Part shown: piece by piece, positions 37,456 through 50,500 of the stretch
Layout: each line of letters begins with the position of its first letter
Numbering within the stretch: the stretch's first letter is position 1
Origin: Leucoraja erinacea
Taxonomy: Eukaryota
Direction: 5' to 3'
NCBI RefSeq assembly: GCF_028641065.1
Contig: NC_073383.1
Coordinates: forward strand, 52,390,001 to 52,454,000
Length of the DNA stretch: 64,000 bases
The notes under the pieces: model-generated
Told to the model about the DNA's origin: nothing
Database searches by the model: none
What the model saw: the letters and a program-made list of their open reading frames with translations, nothing else
Position numbers and translations under genes: made by a program

Positions 37456-40400
37456 ACTCAGAAGAGCTTATTTACAAATGCACGGTATTTTAAGACTAAT
37501 GTATGGTGAATGATCATTGTGAATATTGGCATAATGAGCAAGTTGAATTGTATTCAAATGTAACATTTAGAATATTGTGATGATTCATAAACATTTTGAA
37601 CTTGCTAATGTAGAAAATTATTGCTTATTCTGAAACTTTTCATCTTTAACCATATTCAAATTTCCATTTTTCCAATTAGCTTCGCATTAAGACATTGATG
37701 ACTGGAATGGCAGCAATGGCAACAGAAGAGGTATAGATTAGGAATGCTCTAGGCGAAGCATTCATGATTCTGCTTGCAAGATACAGATACAATTAAGTAC
37801 CCTGATTTTTGTGAACAGGTTGCAAGCAGAAGACTATTTTAAGGTTTTTTTCACTTTTAGAATTTTTGTGATGAAAAGCAAATAGTAAGCAACTGGTAAC
37901 CCTTTTAAAGACTAGGCAATCCAGCATTTAACAACATTAACATTTTCAATATTTGTCCCAATTTGTTGCCAAGTGATGGGACAAACTTGAGACAAATTTA
38001 ACAAAAGATGGTGATTATCTGTTTGTTTTTTTAATGCCAACTAAAATGTTAAATGTGTTATTGTAAGGTCCAATTAAAAAAAAAATTACAGTATAAATTA
38101 AGGATGAACAAGCAAGGAAATGGTGTCATTTCAAGGTATAATTAACAAAAAATTATCAAAAATGTCCTGTGTAAAGGTTACTTTTCCATAATTAGAGTAA
38201 ACGAGCAAGGGACAGGTATCATGTTACAAGTAGGTGTAGGTAACATAAAATATTTTCAATATGACTTGAGTAAACAAGCAAGGAGTTAGTGTCATTTTGA
38301 GGTATGATTATCACAAATTTTCTGTGTAAATAAAGAAGTGACAAGCAAGTAAAATGTGTTATTTTAAGGTACAATAAAAAAACCCAGTATAAATTAAGGG
38401 TGAACAGGCAAGAAAGTGTCATTTCAAGGTGCAATTATCAAAAAATGTCTGCATAAAAGGGGCACCATGCCCTTTTACTCCCGCCAGGGGCATTGCCCCT
38501 CGGAACCCTACTGGGGGCAATGCCCCCTGGACCCCCATCTCTCTTCCTCTTTTTTTCATTTTTTTCCTCTCATGCCTGCCTTTTTTAAATACAACTACAC
38601 CACCTTGCTTTTTTCTATTTCGTCCATTTTTTCTATTTTGTTCATGTTTAATTCCTAGTCTTTTTTTGCATGATTTTTGCTTTGATTCCTGGCCACATAT
38701 GATTGCCTCCAGTTTCCAAATTGTATTACAGACATTAAATTACTCAAAGATAATTTAGCTCATTTTTAGTAGGATTGTCCCTTTTTATGGCTAATATTTT
38801 TCAAGAGTTTTAATCTATAAACCCTCTGCTTAATCAGTATCCCCACAAAATCTTATGGTTTTCATGCTTGCCCTGTTTTTATAGTTGGACTGTTTACAGT
38901 TCTGGTAGATCCTTCTCCTTACAAATTTAACACTTTTGCTGCCATCCTGTTTAAACTTTCAAATAAGATAGTTCCTTCCTGTTAGTCAGCGAGCACACGC
39001 ATTGCTACAGCTCCTTCCTATCCTGGAACTGGTTCTAGTGTATCTTGAAAAGAAGATAGCACCGATAGCTCTATTTTTTTAATGAGTCTAATTGAATTTT
39101 GCTCTTTTAAGGACTAGTCTTTTTTTTTCCCTCCTTTACTCATGATTGTTCTGTGATTCCTGGACTACAACAAGTGGAATGCCTCCTTCCCTTATTTCTT
39201 TACAGACCTCTACTGAAATATCACTGAAGTAGCATACTCTTTTGGATTTTTGTGCTTGGCTTTAAAGAATGATATTATAATTGTGAAGTTCACCATATCT
39301 GCCATGGATATATTTTACTCCCACTCAATTCAGGATGACTTTAGAGCCACAGTCCTGATCTGTAATGTATTGTATTCAAATTTTTTTTTTAATTTTCAAA
39401 TTCAAATTTTATTGTCGTTGCCTCACTTTGAGACAACGAAATGAATTTCCCGTACAGCAGTATCGTTAAAAAAAAAAATCACAAGAAAAATAATAAAAAA
39501 TAAATAATAAATAAATAATAAAACATATTAAAAAATAAAATTGAAATTGAATTAAAAATTTAACAAAAGCACAAACACAAAAAGTCCACAACACAACATA
39601 ACATAAATGGCACCCAGGTGAGGACGGCACCATAGTCCAGCCAGCCTCCCCTCCGTGTCCATCCGTAGTCGGGGCCTTCCGAGCACCCGCAGTCGCCGCT
39701 ATAATAGTCTCCAATGCATTTTGCATAGAACTACCTGCCCAAATTCAACCCCTTTTCAATTTGTTACCTTTCAACCAACCATTTTAATGTACCTTTTCAA
39801 ATTTGAAGTGCTATTTCTCAATATTGAATATCTGTTATTGTTCGATTCTTTGTAATTTCATTTATAGTGTCATATTGTGTTAATGATTTCTAATCTGAAG
39901 AATTTGACAAATATTCCTGGATATAATTGCCTTTTATATCAAACAAGATTCCCTCAGATTGTTGCTACCATAGGACTGACATGGTAGGAATGATGTTGCT
40001 GCATACAGCTCTCAAAACAAGAGTGACCCATATTGTTCATTCTGTAGTTAACCCTTCCTCTCTTCCCAACATTTTAAAAATACACTTGACCATGATCACT
40101 GGAAGCTATTGGAAACTATGCCATGAATGAGTTTTATATCAGGATACACCTGCCCCGTAATATTTGACAGCATGACTATGCACTCGCTTTACTTCAAAGA
40201 TATGTTCAATTTAGGATGGTACATTATTTTAGTTAGTAAAAACAACTTGCACTCTTCCTCATCTTGATGATGCTACAGGATATAATGTTACTGAAAGTGT
40301 ACCTGCATGTTTAAAGCCAGCATGTGTAATCATTTATGCGATTTCTGTTGTCGTTATCTGAAAGCATCAACTGATGAATGTGAGGAAAGTGATATCATCA

Positions 40401-43400
40401 TTCTAAACTTTGAACCTTTGCTTAATTTGCTTCATATTTTTGATTCAGGGAAAATTGACAGCAAGTTCAGTGGGTCATATAGTAGGACTACAGTCAGAAG
40501 AAATTAAACAGATTGCATCAGAATACGCTGAGAAGGTAAGAAGTTATTGCATCTGCCTGACATTCCAATGTACTTCAAAGTCAATACTTTGATTATCAAG
40601 GGGTTATAATTTAAGTTTGGTCAACCTGCACAGAACATTGTAATATAAATTGCAAAATTGATGAGTGACAAGTTCATTAAAAGTTTGAAAATGATTAAAT
40701 GATTGATAAGTTGTTGATTTAGTCCTTCGCGGTTGGCTTCTTTGTCAGTTGGGATTGTAGAACTACGGGGAAGAGAGGGATGGAGAAAGATTAAATTGTG
40801 ATTTGTTTGATCCTTTAAACCTGCCATGCCATTTGTGGCTGATCATCGAAATCAGTACCCCATTTCACCTTTCTTTCCATTTTCCTTGAATCCCTCTAGC
40901 CCTAAGGACAATCCCTGACTTTTTGAATCTATATTCTTCATCTCATTGGCGTATTCCTTATCCCTTGGTCTTGGACTCCTCAGAACATCTTTCTAGCATC
41001 TCTTCTGTTCTATTAGTTTTTTCTATGTTTCTACAAGACTCCTCATTCTTCTTTACTACTATGTCTAGTAAATATAAGATGAACTGGCCCAATCTCTCGT
41101 CAAATATCAATGCAGCCAAGTCAGGTATCAATCTAGTGAATAAATATATTGGCATTTAGTACCAAATTTCCTGCAATTAATTTTGTTTCTATTTTCTGAC
41201 TGACGTCACAGCTGCACAGTCAGTAAAGGTGGAGGTTTTTCCCTTCCCGAGATCATTATACATTTTACCTGGAGCTTTGACCTACGACTCAAGACATAGT
41301 GGCAATCTTGACTTAGTTGTGAACATGTATGTACCCCTCGATCAATGTTTTGGTTTTAAGTTTCACTGCAGCAATTTGATCACAAAAATAAAATAGATTT
41401 AACACTGCCTGCTCTTTTGCCCCCCTGCCTGCTATACCCACCTTGTTGTACTTGTTATACAATGAAGAGATCTGCTGTTTTTAAAAATACAATTTACACT
41501 TGCAGCAATCAGAGCTTTCAGCTGAAGATCGTCCTGAGCGGCTTGGAGCTGCTCAACAGTATCGAAGACAAATTGCATCTCTCAATAAACAAATCTTGCA
41601 AAAATCAAAACAGTTGGAAGAGGTAAATAAATGAAACTTTTCCATAGTTTGGAGAGAGATTTTTTCCTCTTCATAATAAGCTCTGTATTTTCATCAAAAC
41701 TAAAGTTGAAATTACTCAAAAAAAAATGAGGATGCTACAGCACATTCTCCTTTATGTAGTTTCTAGTATGTTTTGATTTACAACTGACTTGCCTAAACTG
41801 GATATAAGTCACTGCATTCACTATATATATCTCCCTCATGATTTTATACACAGTAAGATCACACCTCAGTTTTCTGCACTCAAGTCAAGTCAAGTTTATT
41901 CGTCACGTACACATACGAGATGTGCTGTGAAATGAAAGGTGGCAATGCTCGTGGACTTTGTGCAAAAAGACAAACAAACAAACAACCAAACAAACTATAA
42001 ACACAATCGCAAACACACACATATTCTTTTACATATTAAATATTGGAAGGAAAAACATTCAGTAAAGTTAGTCCCTGGTGAGATAGGAGTTTACAGTCCG
42101 AATGACCTCTGGGAAGAAACTCCTTCTCAACCTCTCCGTTCTCACCGCATGGCAACGGAGGCGTTTGCCTGACCCCAGCAGCTGGAACAGTCCATTGCAG
42201 GGGTGGAAGGGGTCTCTCATGATATTGTTGGCTCTGGAGTTGCACCTCCTGATGTATAGTTCCTGCAGGGGGGCAAGTGAAGTTCCCATAGTGTGTTCGG
42301 CCGAACGCACTACTCTCTGCAGAGCCTTCTTGTCCTGGGCAGAGCAATTCCCAAACCAGATGGTAATATTTCCAGACAAGATGTTTTCCACAGCCGCCAA
42401 GTAGAAGCACTGGAGGATCCTCGTAGACACTCTGAATTTCCTCAATTGCCTGAGGTGGTAAAGGCGCTGCCTTGCCTTACTCATGAGTGCTGCGGCGTGT
42501 GATGTCCATGTCATATCCTCAGAGATGTGGACTCCCAGATATTTAAAACAGCTCACCCTATCCACAGTATCCCCATTTATCCTCAGTGGTGTGTACGTCC
42601 TCGGAAGATGTGCCCTCCTAAAGTCCATGATCAGTTCCTTCGTTTTTTTGATGTTCAAGAGGAGGCTGTTGTCCTGGCACCAGAGTGCTAGATCAGCCAC
42701 CTCCTCTTGGTAGGCCTTCTCATCGTTGTCTGAGATCAGGCCCACCATCACAGTGTCATCAGCAAACTTAATTATTGAGTTGGAGCTGAACCTAGCCACA
42801 CAGTCATGTGTGTACAGGGAGTACAATAGGCTGAGGACGCAACCCTGGGGCGATCCTGTGCTCGGGGTGAGGGACTTTGATGTATTCCCTCCCATCTTGA
42901 CTACCTGGGGCCTGGCGGTGAGAAAGTCCAGGGCCCAGGCACACAGGGGGGTGTTGAGCCCTAATTCCAGTAGCTTCCCGGCCAGTCTGGTGGGGACTAT
43001 CGTGTTGAAGGCTGAACTGAAGTATTTAAAGTCCTAGCCTTCTCAAACTTTCCCTAAAGCTTAGGCCCTCGAATCCTGGCAACATCCTTGCAAATCTTCT
43101 CTGCAATCCTTCCAACTTAATAACACCCTTCCTATAGCGGGGTGACCAAAATAGAATAAATTTCTCCAAATACAGCCTCACCAATGTCTTGCACCACTGT
43201 CATAGGGAAGAAGATATAGGAGCCTGATAACTGTAATATCCAGGTTCAGGAACAGCTTTTTCCCTACAGCCATCAGGGTGGGGAAGTCGGTAGCCGTGAT
43301 GGACTAGACAGTGTTGACCACTTTTTGCAGTCTTTACTCCTGTGTGTTCAAGTTGCCGAACCAGACCATGATGCAACCTTGTGCAACAAGTTGGATTTCA

Positions 43401-46400
43401 ACTGACATTAAAATGGAACTATAAACTCTTTGAGAATACTCATGAATAAAGATACAACTAAATAGAGGTCACTTATATTGATATACCCTTTACCACTTTT
43501 TTTATTAGCTGCAAGTTAAATACAGTGAGATCCAGGCTACATGTGAGGAAGAGAAAAAGAAACTGGTGGAGGTATGATTTTATTTTATATGTATGGAAGC
43601 AAAGTATCTGGACATTTGCTAACAACTTGCACATAGAAGACAGAGTGTGTGTGTGTAAATAGCAGATATAGTTTAATCTGAGCAAATGTGAGATGATGCA
43701 CTGTTGAATGTAAAAGAAAAGGACCTTTAACAGCATTGATGTAAGAAAAGGATTTTGAAGTCCAATTCCATAGCTCCCTAAAGGTAACATCACAAGTCGA
43801 TTGAATGCTAAAGAAAGTATATGGCCTGCTTACTTTTATATTCAGTGCCCCGACTGATAAGTGTCAGTCATGTTGCAGCTTTATAAAACTTTGCTTAGGC
43901 CACATTTGGAGTATTGTTTGCATTTCTGGTCGCCCCATCTCCAGCCAATCAATTCACTCTACATGATATCGAAAAGAGACTGAGAGCACTGGATGCAGCA
44001 GACTACAGGACCACCGAGCATCCCGCCTATATTATTGAAGACTGGTGCTACAGAACTAATTACATCTCCAGCCAAGTTATTCCAGTACTATTACAACATT
44101 GGCATCTACTTGTGATAGTCAAGAAAGCAGTTTTCCATTACATTATCAAGGACTACCAGGGATGAGCAATAAATGCTGGCCTTGTTAGTGGCAACCAATC
44201 CTTAAAATGGATATTTAAAAATAAGGTGGTAATAATTTCAGATGAGCTGAAGCCTACTCAACAGGATTAATATGGTGAAGATGTTTAAGTTTACAGAAGT
44301 CATGAAGACTGCCGTTGTGGAGAACATTCGTGGTTAGAGAATGATATCAGTGTGCTGGTGAAATACGCTGCAGGGTCTTGGTAACATTGATGAACAAAGG
44401 GATCTTGAAGTACGTCCAGAGATCCTTGAAGATGGCAGCACAAGGCGATTACATGCATATGGCATATAGGTGTGGGATTGGATACAAAAGCAGAGGAATT
44501 ATGCTCCAAATTTATAAAACTTTGGTTATATCTCAATTGCAGTGTTGCTTGTAGCTTTGGGCACCACACCAGAATCATAATCATACACAGGTAGACACAA
44601 AATGCTGGAGTAACTCAGCGGGAAAGGCAGCCATCTCTGTAGAGAAGGATTGCAGAGATGCTGCCTGTACCGCTGAGTTACTTCAGCATTTTGTATCCAC
44701 CTTCGATTTAAACCAGCATTTGCAGTTCTTTCCTACTCATAGTCATACAGCGTGCTGCAACAGGCCCTTCAACGCAACTCGTAGAGTATCCATCTACGCT
44801 GGTCCCTTTTACCCATGTATGACATATCCTCAACCACTATAGGAAGATGTGATATTGATAGTATGAGTGCAAAAGAGATTCATCAGGATGTTGTCTGGGA
44901 TGGAGTGTTTCAGTTATGAAGAGAGACTGTTGTCCCTGAAGTGGAGGTGATTAAGAGGGGACACAACTGAAGTATACAAAGGGGTATATAGGAGAAGTAT
45001 AGATAGGCTCGACTGTAGGAAACCTTTCCCTACATCAGAGGTAAATCAAGGACATTATTTTTACGATGAGGGAAGAGATTCAGAAGGTATATGAGGGGGT
45101 CCTTTTCCTCCCAAAGAGTGGCGTGTACCTGCAGTGCAATGATCAAGAGAGTGGCTGAAGCAGGTTCACTGGCAGCATTTAACTAGTGTCCAGGCTTAGG
45201 CCCAGAAAGAAATAAGCCAAGAGCCGAAGATGGGATTGGTGCAAGAGTGCACACTGGTTGGTGTGAATATGATGGGCCGCAGGCATGTTTCAGCACTGAG
45301 TGTCTCTGACTGTTTTCCCCTGAAAGGGTCACAGTTTCAAAAGGAGCCAAGCTCTGCAGGACAAATGAGAAAAATCTTTACTAAAAAAGGGAGGTGACTC
45401 TCTACCCAAGAGGGCTGTGAAGTATGTCATTGATTGCATTCAATTGAGAGCAATAGGTTTCCTGATGATGGAGGAACTGGGATATGGAGCTGGGGCAGGA
45501 AAATGGTGGTGAGGTAGATGATTACCTTTGATCTTACTGAATGTCAGAGCAGGCCTAGTTGCTGATTGCTTTCTGCAGTGTTTAGCTTTTGCTTACAATG
45601 TCACCTTTTAATATCCCCATCAAATTTATTTTTCTACGCACTAATTAGATGGCCTCCAGTTTGTAGATTACTTTCATGCCTAGAACATAGTGATTCTGTT
45701 TGGTAAGAAGGGCATAGAAATGTTGACTTTCTGTACTTCCAACTTTCAGAGTATTTTGTTCTTATTATCTTGGTTGATTTTTTATTTTCAGGTTATGAAT
45801 TATGGGCAGAAACTGGATAAGGAACTGGCGAAGCTCGAAGCTGTGGAATCCGAAGCTGATTCCAGGTAAATAGGAATTGGACTATATATTTAATTCAGTC
45901 TTCTGGATTTTGCAAATACTGGAAAGGCAGCATTTGAGACCCTTAAGATATCAACAGATATATTAGTTCTTTAATAAATTACTAAATTGAAAATTTTGTA
46001 TCCTTTGGGATAATTAATTTGTCTGATAAAATTGGAATAATGGAATAAAGTGTCAAAATAAAATGAAGAGATAGAAAAATAACTAGTTGAAAGAGATAAA
46101 AAGCCTTGTCGGTAGCTTTGTGTTATGTTTCTTGCATGTGTCTTCTGCAAATAAAGAGAAGAAGAGGAGAGAAGGGGGAGAAGGAGAAGGGAGGGGGGGG
46201 AGGAGAGGGGGGGGGGAGGAGAGAGGGGAGGGGGGGGGGGGAGGGGGGGGAAGGAGGGGGACGGAGGGGGGGGGGGGAGGGGGGAGAGAGGGGGGGGGGG
46301 GGAGAAGGAGGGGGGGAAAAGGGAGGGAGGGAGGGCGAAAAGGTGGGGGGGGGGGAGGAAGGGGGGGGGGAAAGAGGAGGGGGGGGGGGGGGGAGGAGAG

Positions 46401-47480
46401 GAGGGGGGGGGGGGGGTGGAGAGAGAGTGCCTTTTTACTTCAACCCAAACCCAAACCCAAACAACCATATGCAGGCAGTGCTTTTTTTTACCTCTAACCA
46501 TATTTTCATTTTCAAACCAAATTAAGGGTACTCACAGTGCTGTAGAGATTTGTCAGTGTCATTCAGAGCTCTGATTGAGGCACACCACTTGCAGAGACTG
46601 ATTGAGGCACACCACTTGCAGAGACTGAGTGAGGCACACCACTTCCTGGTTTTATAGTCCCTCCCCCCTGCTGCTACTGGGGTCAGCAGAGAGAATGGAG
46701 AATTTTGTAAAATCATTAATATCTCTGTCATATTTCATCGACGGAAAAAAACCTCGGCACATATATGGCGGAGAGGGGCTATGAGCGAGGTGGCCAAAAA
46801 TGACGGCCGTAGGTGGTGGCGTTCTCTCGGAAATCGCAACACAGATCACCAAAACCGGTCAAGAACAGAGTTTTAGTAATATAAAGATTCCAAAATTATC
46901 ACTGCCCGGTGATCTGACTTTTTTGGAGCAACTTGCATTTTGTGTTTCATTATCTTAAACAATATTATCATAAGAAAAAGATCAAAAATGAACTCAAATT
47001 ATTAATCAATTCTAATATTATGCATATTTTCCTTTAGTTGTCCCTGTTTTAATTCTTTTTACACAGCTTTATATAAATGTATTGTGTTAAAATAGTTTTC
47101 ACTCCAGCATGTTATATACCAAGTTGTTGTGTTCGTAGGATCCATCATTTTCATAGTAAACGAGAGGACCTATTTCAACATTTACTGACCTCTGTATTTA
47201 TTGCAAGTTTTTATTTCTGCACTGATTCTAATACAAGCACCTGTATTACATAGCATCCTAGAAAAGCTGAGAGAATTGGTGACAATGAATGAAGGTCTAA
47301 AGGATCAAGAACAACAGTTTAGGAATCATTGCAGGGTAAGAATGTGCTTCAGGATGATTATAGAATGATAAGACACAAAAATAACATGCCTAAGTTGCGT
47401 AAATCTTACTATTTCTATCCTTAAAAAAGCAGAATTCCCTTTTATTTTATATCATTGCTATGCCGCTTCTCTCCCCCTTC

Positions 47481-47517
<37 letters not shown>

Positions 47518-50500
47518 TTGGCCCCCATTCTGCAAGTCTTTAATGGCTTTGTCAAAGTAGTACTAGATTGAGTGCTTTATCCTGAATTATTTGACCCCAA
47601 TTACTCTGTAAAGTTTAAGTAGCTTGTTCTTGTGGTACTTGCAGTCTAAAGCAGAAACATATTTTTATTAAACTTAACTATACTTAAATTACTATGTAAA
47701 CCTTTCCAGAAAATGATAAGATTAGCTTAGCAATATATAATTATTAAATGGGGTGACAGGTTTCTTACATTGTCAGTTCGTAGTGCTGCTTCATGGCTTC
47801 TGAAACCCAGATTTGATTTTGATCATTGGTGCTGTATGTGACATTTGCATTGTTTGTATTGTACTGTGTGAGTTACCCTTAGGTTATCTGACCAGTGTAT
47901 CTTTCTTCGAGTAGGGTTGGTTGGCAGGAGAATTAGCAGTGGTGGAGCCTTGGGTTACTGATAGGGATATGCAGGAAAATGGGATTAGTTATATAGGTGC
48001 TTTTGATGGTACGAATACCATGGGCCAAATGGCTTATTCCTCTGCTGTATAACATTTTCTAAATGTGTGATTTTTAAGTTTGAGTATTGATAACAATAAA
48101 CCTTCTCTTCCTGAATCCATGCAGTCATAAAATTTCATCGTGTCAGATCATTATATACTCCTTCCTACTTTCTGTCCAGCAACCAAACAATCCTCGTCTC
48201 TCTGTAGTATAAACCAGCTTGTTTTTTTTAAGGTTGTTTAATTCGAGTAGGACCAACCAATTAGGTTATGTCCGCCATTCCAGTCCCAAGTGCCATATTC
48301 AATATCGACCCAGTATTTCTTTTTGTGGAAATAAAAAAATTACAGATGCTGGAAATCTAAAATAAAATCAGGAAAGGCTGAAGAATTTTACAGCTTAATT
48401 TGAGACAGTTTACATTATATTTTGAGTTACATTGCAGGAGGAGATGGCCCGATTGCAACAGAATATTGAAAATCTCAAGAGTGTAGCTGGGAATGAGGAA
48501 GCTGAAGTAAAGGTACATTGTACTATCATAAATATGCTAATAAATCAATAAATAATCATTCTAATATCAAAGTAGATTTGTAATGATGAACATGAGAAAG
48601 TATTGATAAAGTAGCAATACCTTGAGAAAATGGAGATGCCCAGTTTGAATTTTCCCTTCATTTTTTGCACATAAGTACTGAAATTAACATGGCCCATGAT
48701 CTTGAGGGTATTGCTACTTTATCAGTCCTTTTTTTAATAATCGTCTTTGTTACATTTGTCCTCCAATTAAAAAGAATTGTCATTTTCTACAGTAATGTAC
48801 AGTTTGTAACTGTTATTTAAACTGTCATGCTGCTGGTTATTCAACAGGAGCAATCCTAAATAATTCAATTTCTTTCCCTACTAGTTCTAGAAAAGTGCAA
48901 GTTCTCGTGAATGCCTTTTTAATTGGTGTATTAGTGATCTACTTCATGTAATTATGAAGTAACTTGTTTGAATATAATAAGACTATTTTAAGGCGTTTTG
49001 GGGATACTGTATGAGAGAATGATCTATCAAAGCCTGTTTATTTAAATTGTTCCACTTTTTATCTTCCACTAGGAACACGGTGAATTAATAGAACAACAGT
49101 ATAAAGAAGATCGAGAAAAGCTTCAGAAAATACGACTCTTGTTGGTAAGAATATTTTGGACTATTAATTCTCAAACACAAATGTTAATGAAAAGTCTTCT
49201 CTGGTGCATCTATCTTAAAACACTGAAGTTTTAACTCAAACTTTACCAATGTTCTCAAATTTGTGTCTATTACTAATATTGCCAAAAGTGGAATTGGTCT
49301 TAATACTCTACCTAGGCCTCTCATAATTCTGTGCATTTGCAATGAAATGCACTTTAAACATCAATAAAAGAATCCCACTCTGGCCCTCCCTCGAGTACAC
49401 TCAACAGATTTCATAATTCTTATGTATATTCTCTAATGCGGCCTCGTACAAATTTGCTTTATATTTAGCGAATCACTTTGAAGTGCAAGGGCAAATACAG
49501 TACCCAGTTTTACACGTGTTTATTATTTCCTTATTGCAAAATCTTGCAGTTGTGGGTGAGAAAGACGTTTCTTGTTCATTGGACATTGGTATACTAACAA
49601 TGCAGATACTTAATGTCCATCCATAGTTGTTGCTGAGCAGAGTGAATGAACTACAGATCTAGAGTCACATACAGGCCAGTTAGAGTGAGGATAGCACACT
49701 TTCATCCCACGAGTTCATTAGTGAGCTGAATTAATCCACAACTTTGTTTTATGTTCAAGATTCCGGCATCTGTAGTTTCTTGTGTCTTCATCAATGAACC
49801 ACTAGGGTGTTTACAACTGTACAGTGGTTTGTTAGTTACTGGTGCCAGTTTTATTTCATTCTAGCTCTCAGGGTGGGATTTGAACATTTTTCTGAATAAA
49901 TAATCCATGCTTCTGGATATTAATTCAATTATTTAACCACTCTGCCACTGTGCTTTTTGATTTTTGCCCCCAGTGACCTAGATTTGTGATATTTTTTCCA
50001 AAATTAAGCAGTTTACTGTGGGATGATTCAGTGTGTCATCCACGTAAATGATTTGCTCAGTTGGGTAATATTATAATAGGTTAATCTGGACCAGCTATTT
50101 GCTTTGTCCTGAGACACCTGAATGCTCTTATGCACATTGCCTGATTAAAAATATTAACCTTGTATGATACCTGGAAGTTTGAGTTGCAAAAAGGGTTTAG
50201 GTTTATAGATGTATATTTGAAAAAAAAAATCTGCATTTGCATTCTTGGGGTTTAATAAATTAAACTGAACCAGGATTACCTCGGTTAAATGTGGTCAGTT
50301 ATCAATGTTGAATTTAAAATTACTTATTCAAATTATAGAATCACATTATAACATCAATGCTGTTTTGCTATGTGGGATAGCCTATTAAATTAAAAGTTTG
50401 AAAATAAGGTAAATCATAGTTCATTTGCATGCAGGCTCGACGAAATAGAGAAATTGCTGTTTTGCAACGAAAAATTGATGAAGTACCAAGTAGGGCAGAA

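Noticed and set aside
45971-46525. Pro-rich and Gly-rich ORFs
   Set aside because: These are translations of a G/A low-complexity tract inside a repeat.
37406-47518. Long poly-G and poly-C runs (37406-37454, 47482-47517; also 6265-6299) as functional G-quadruplexes
   Set aside because: Homopolymers are common throughout this sequence and their lengths are unreliable in assemblies; there is no specific support.
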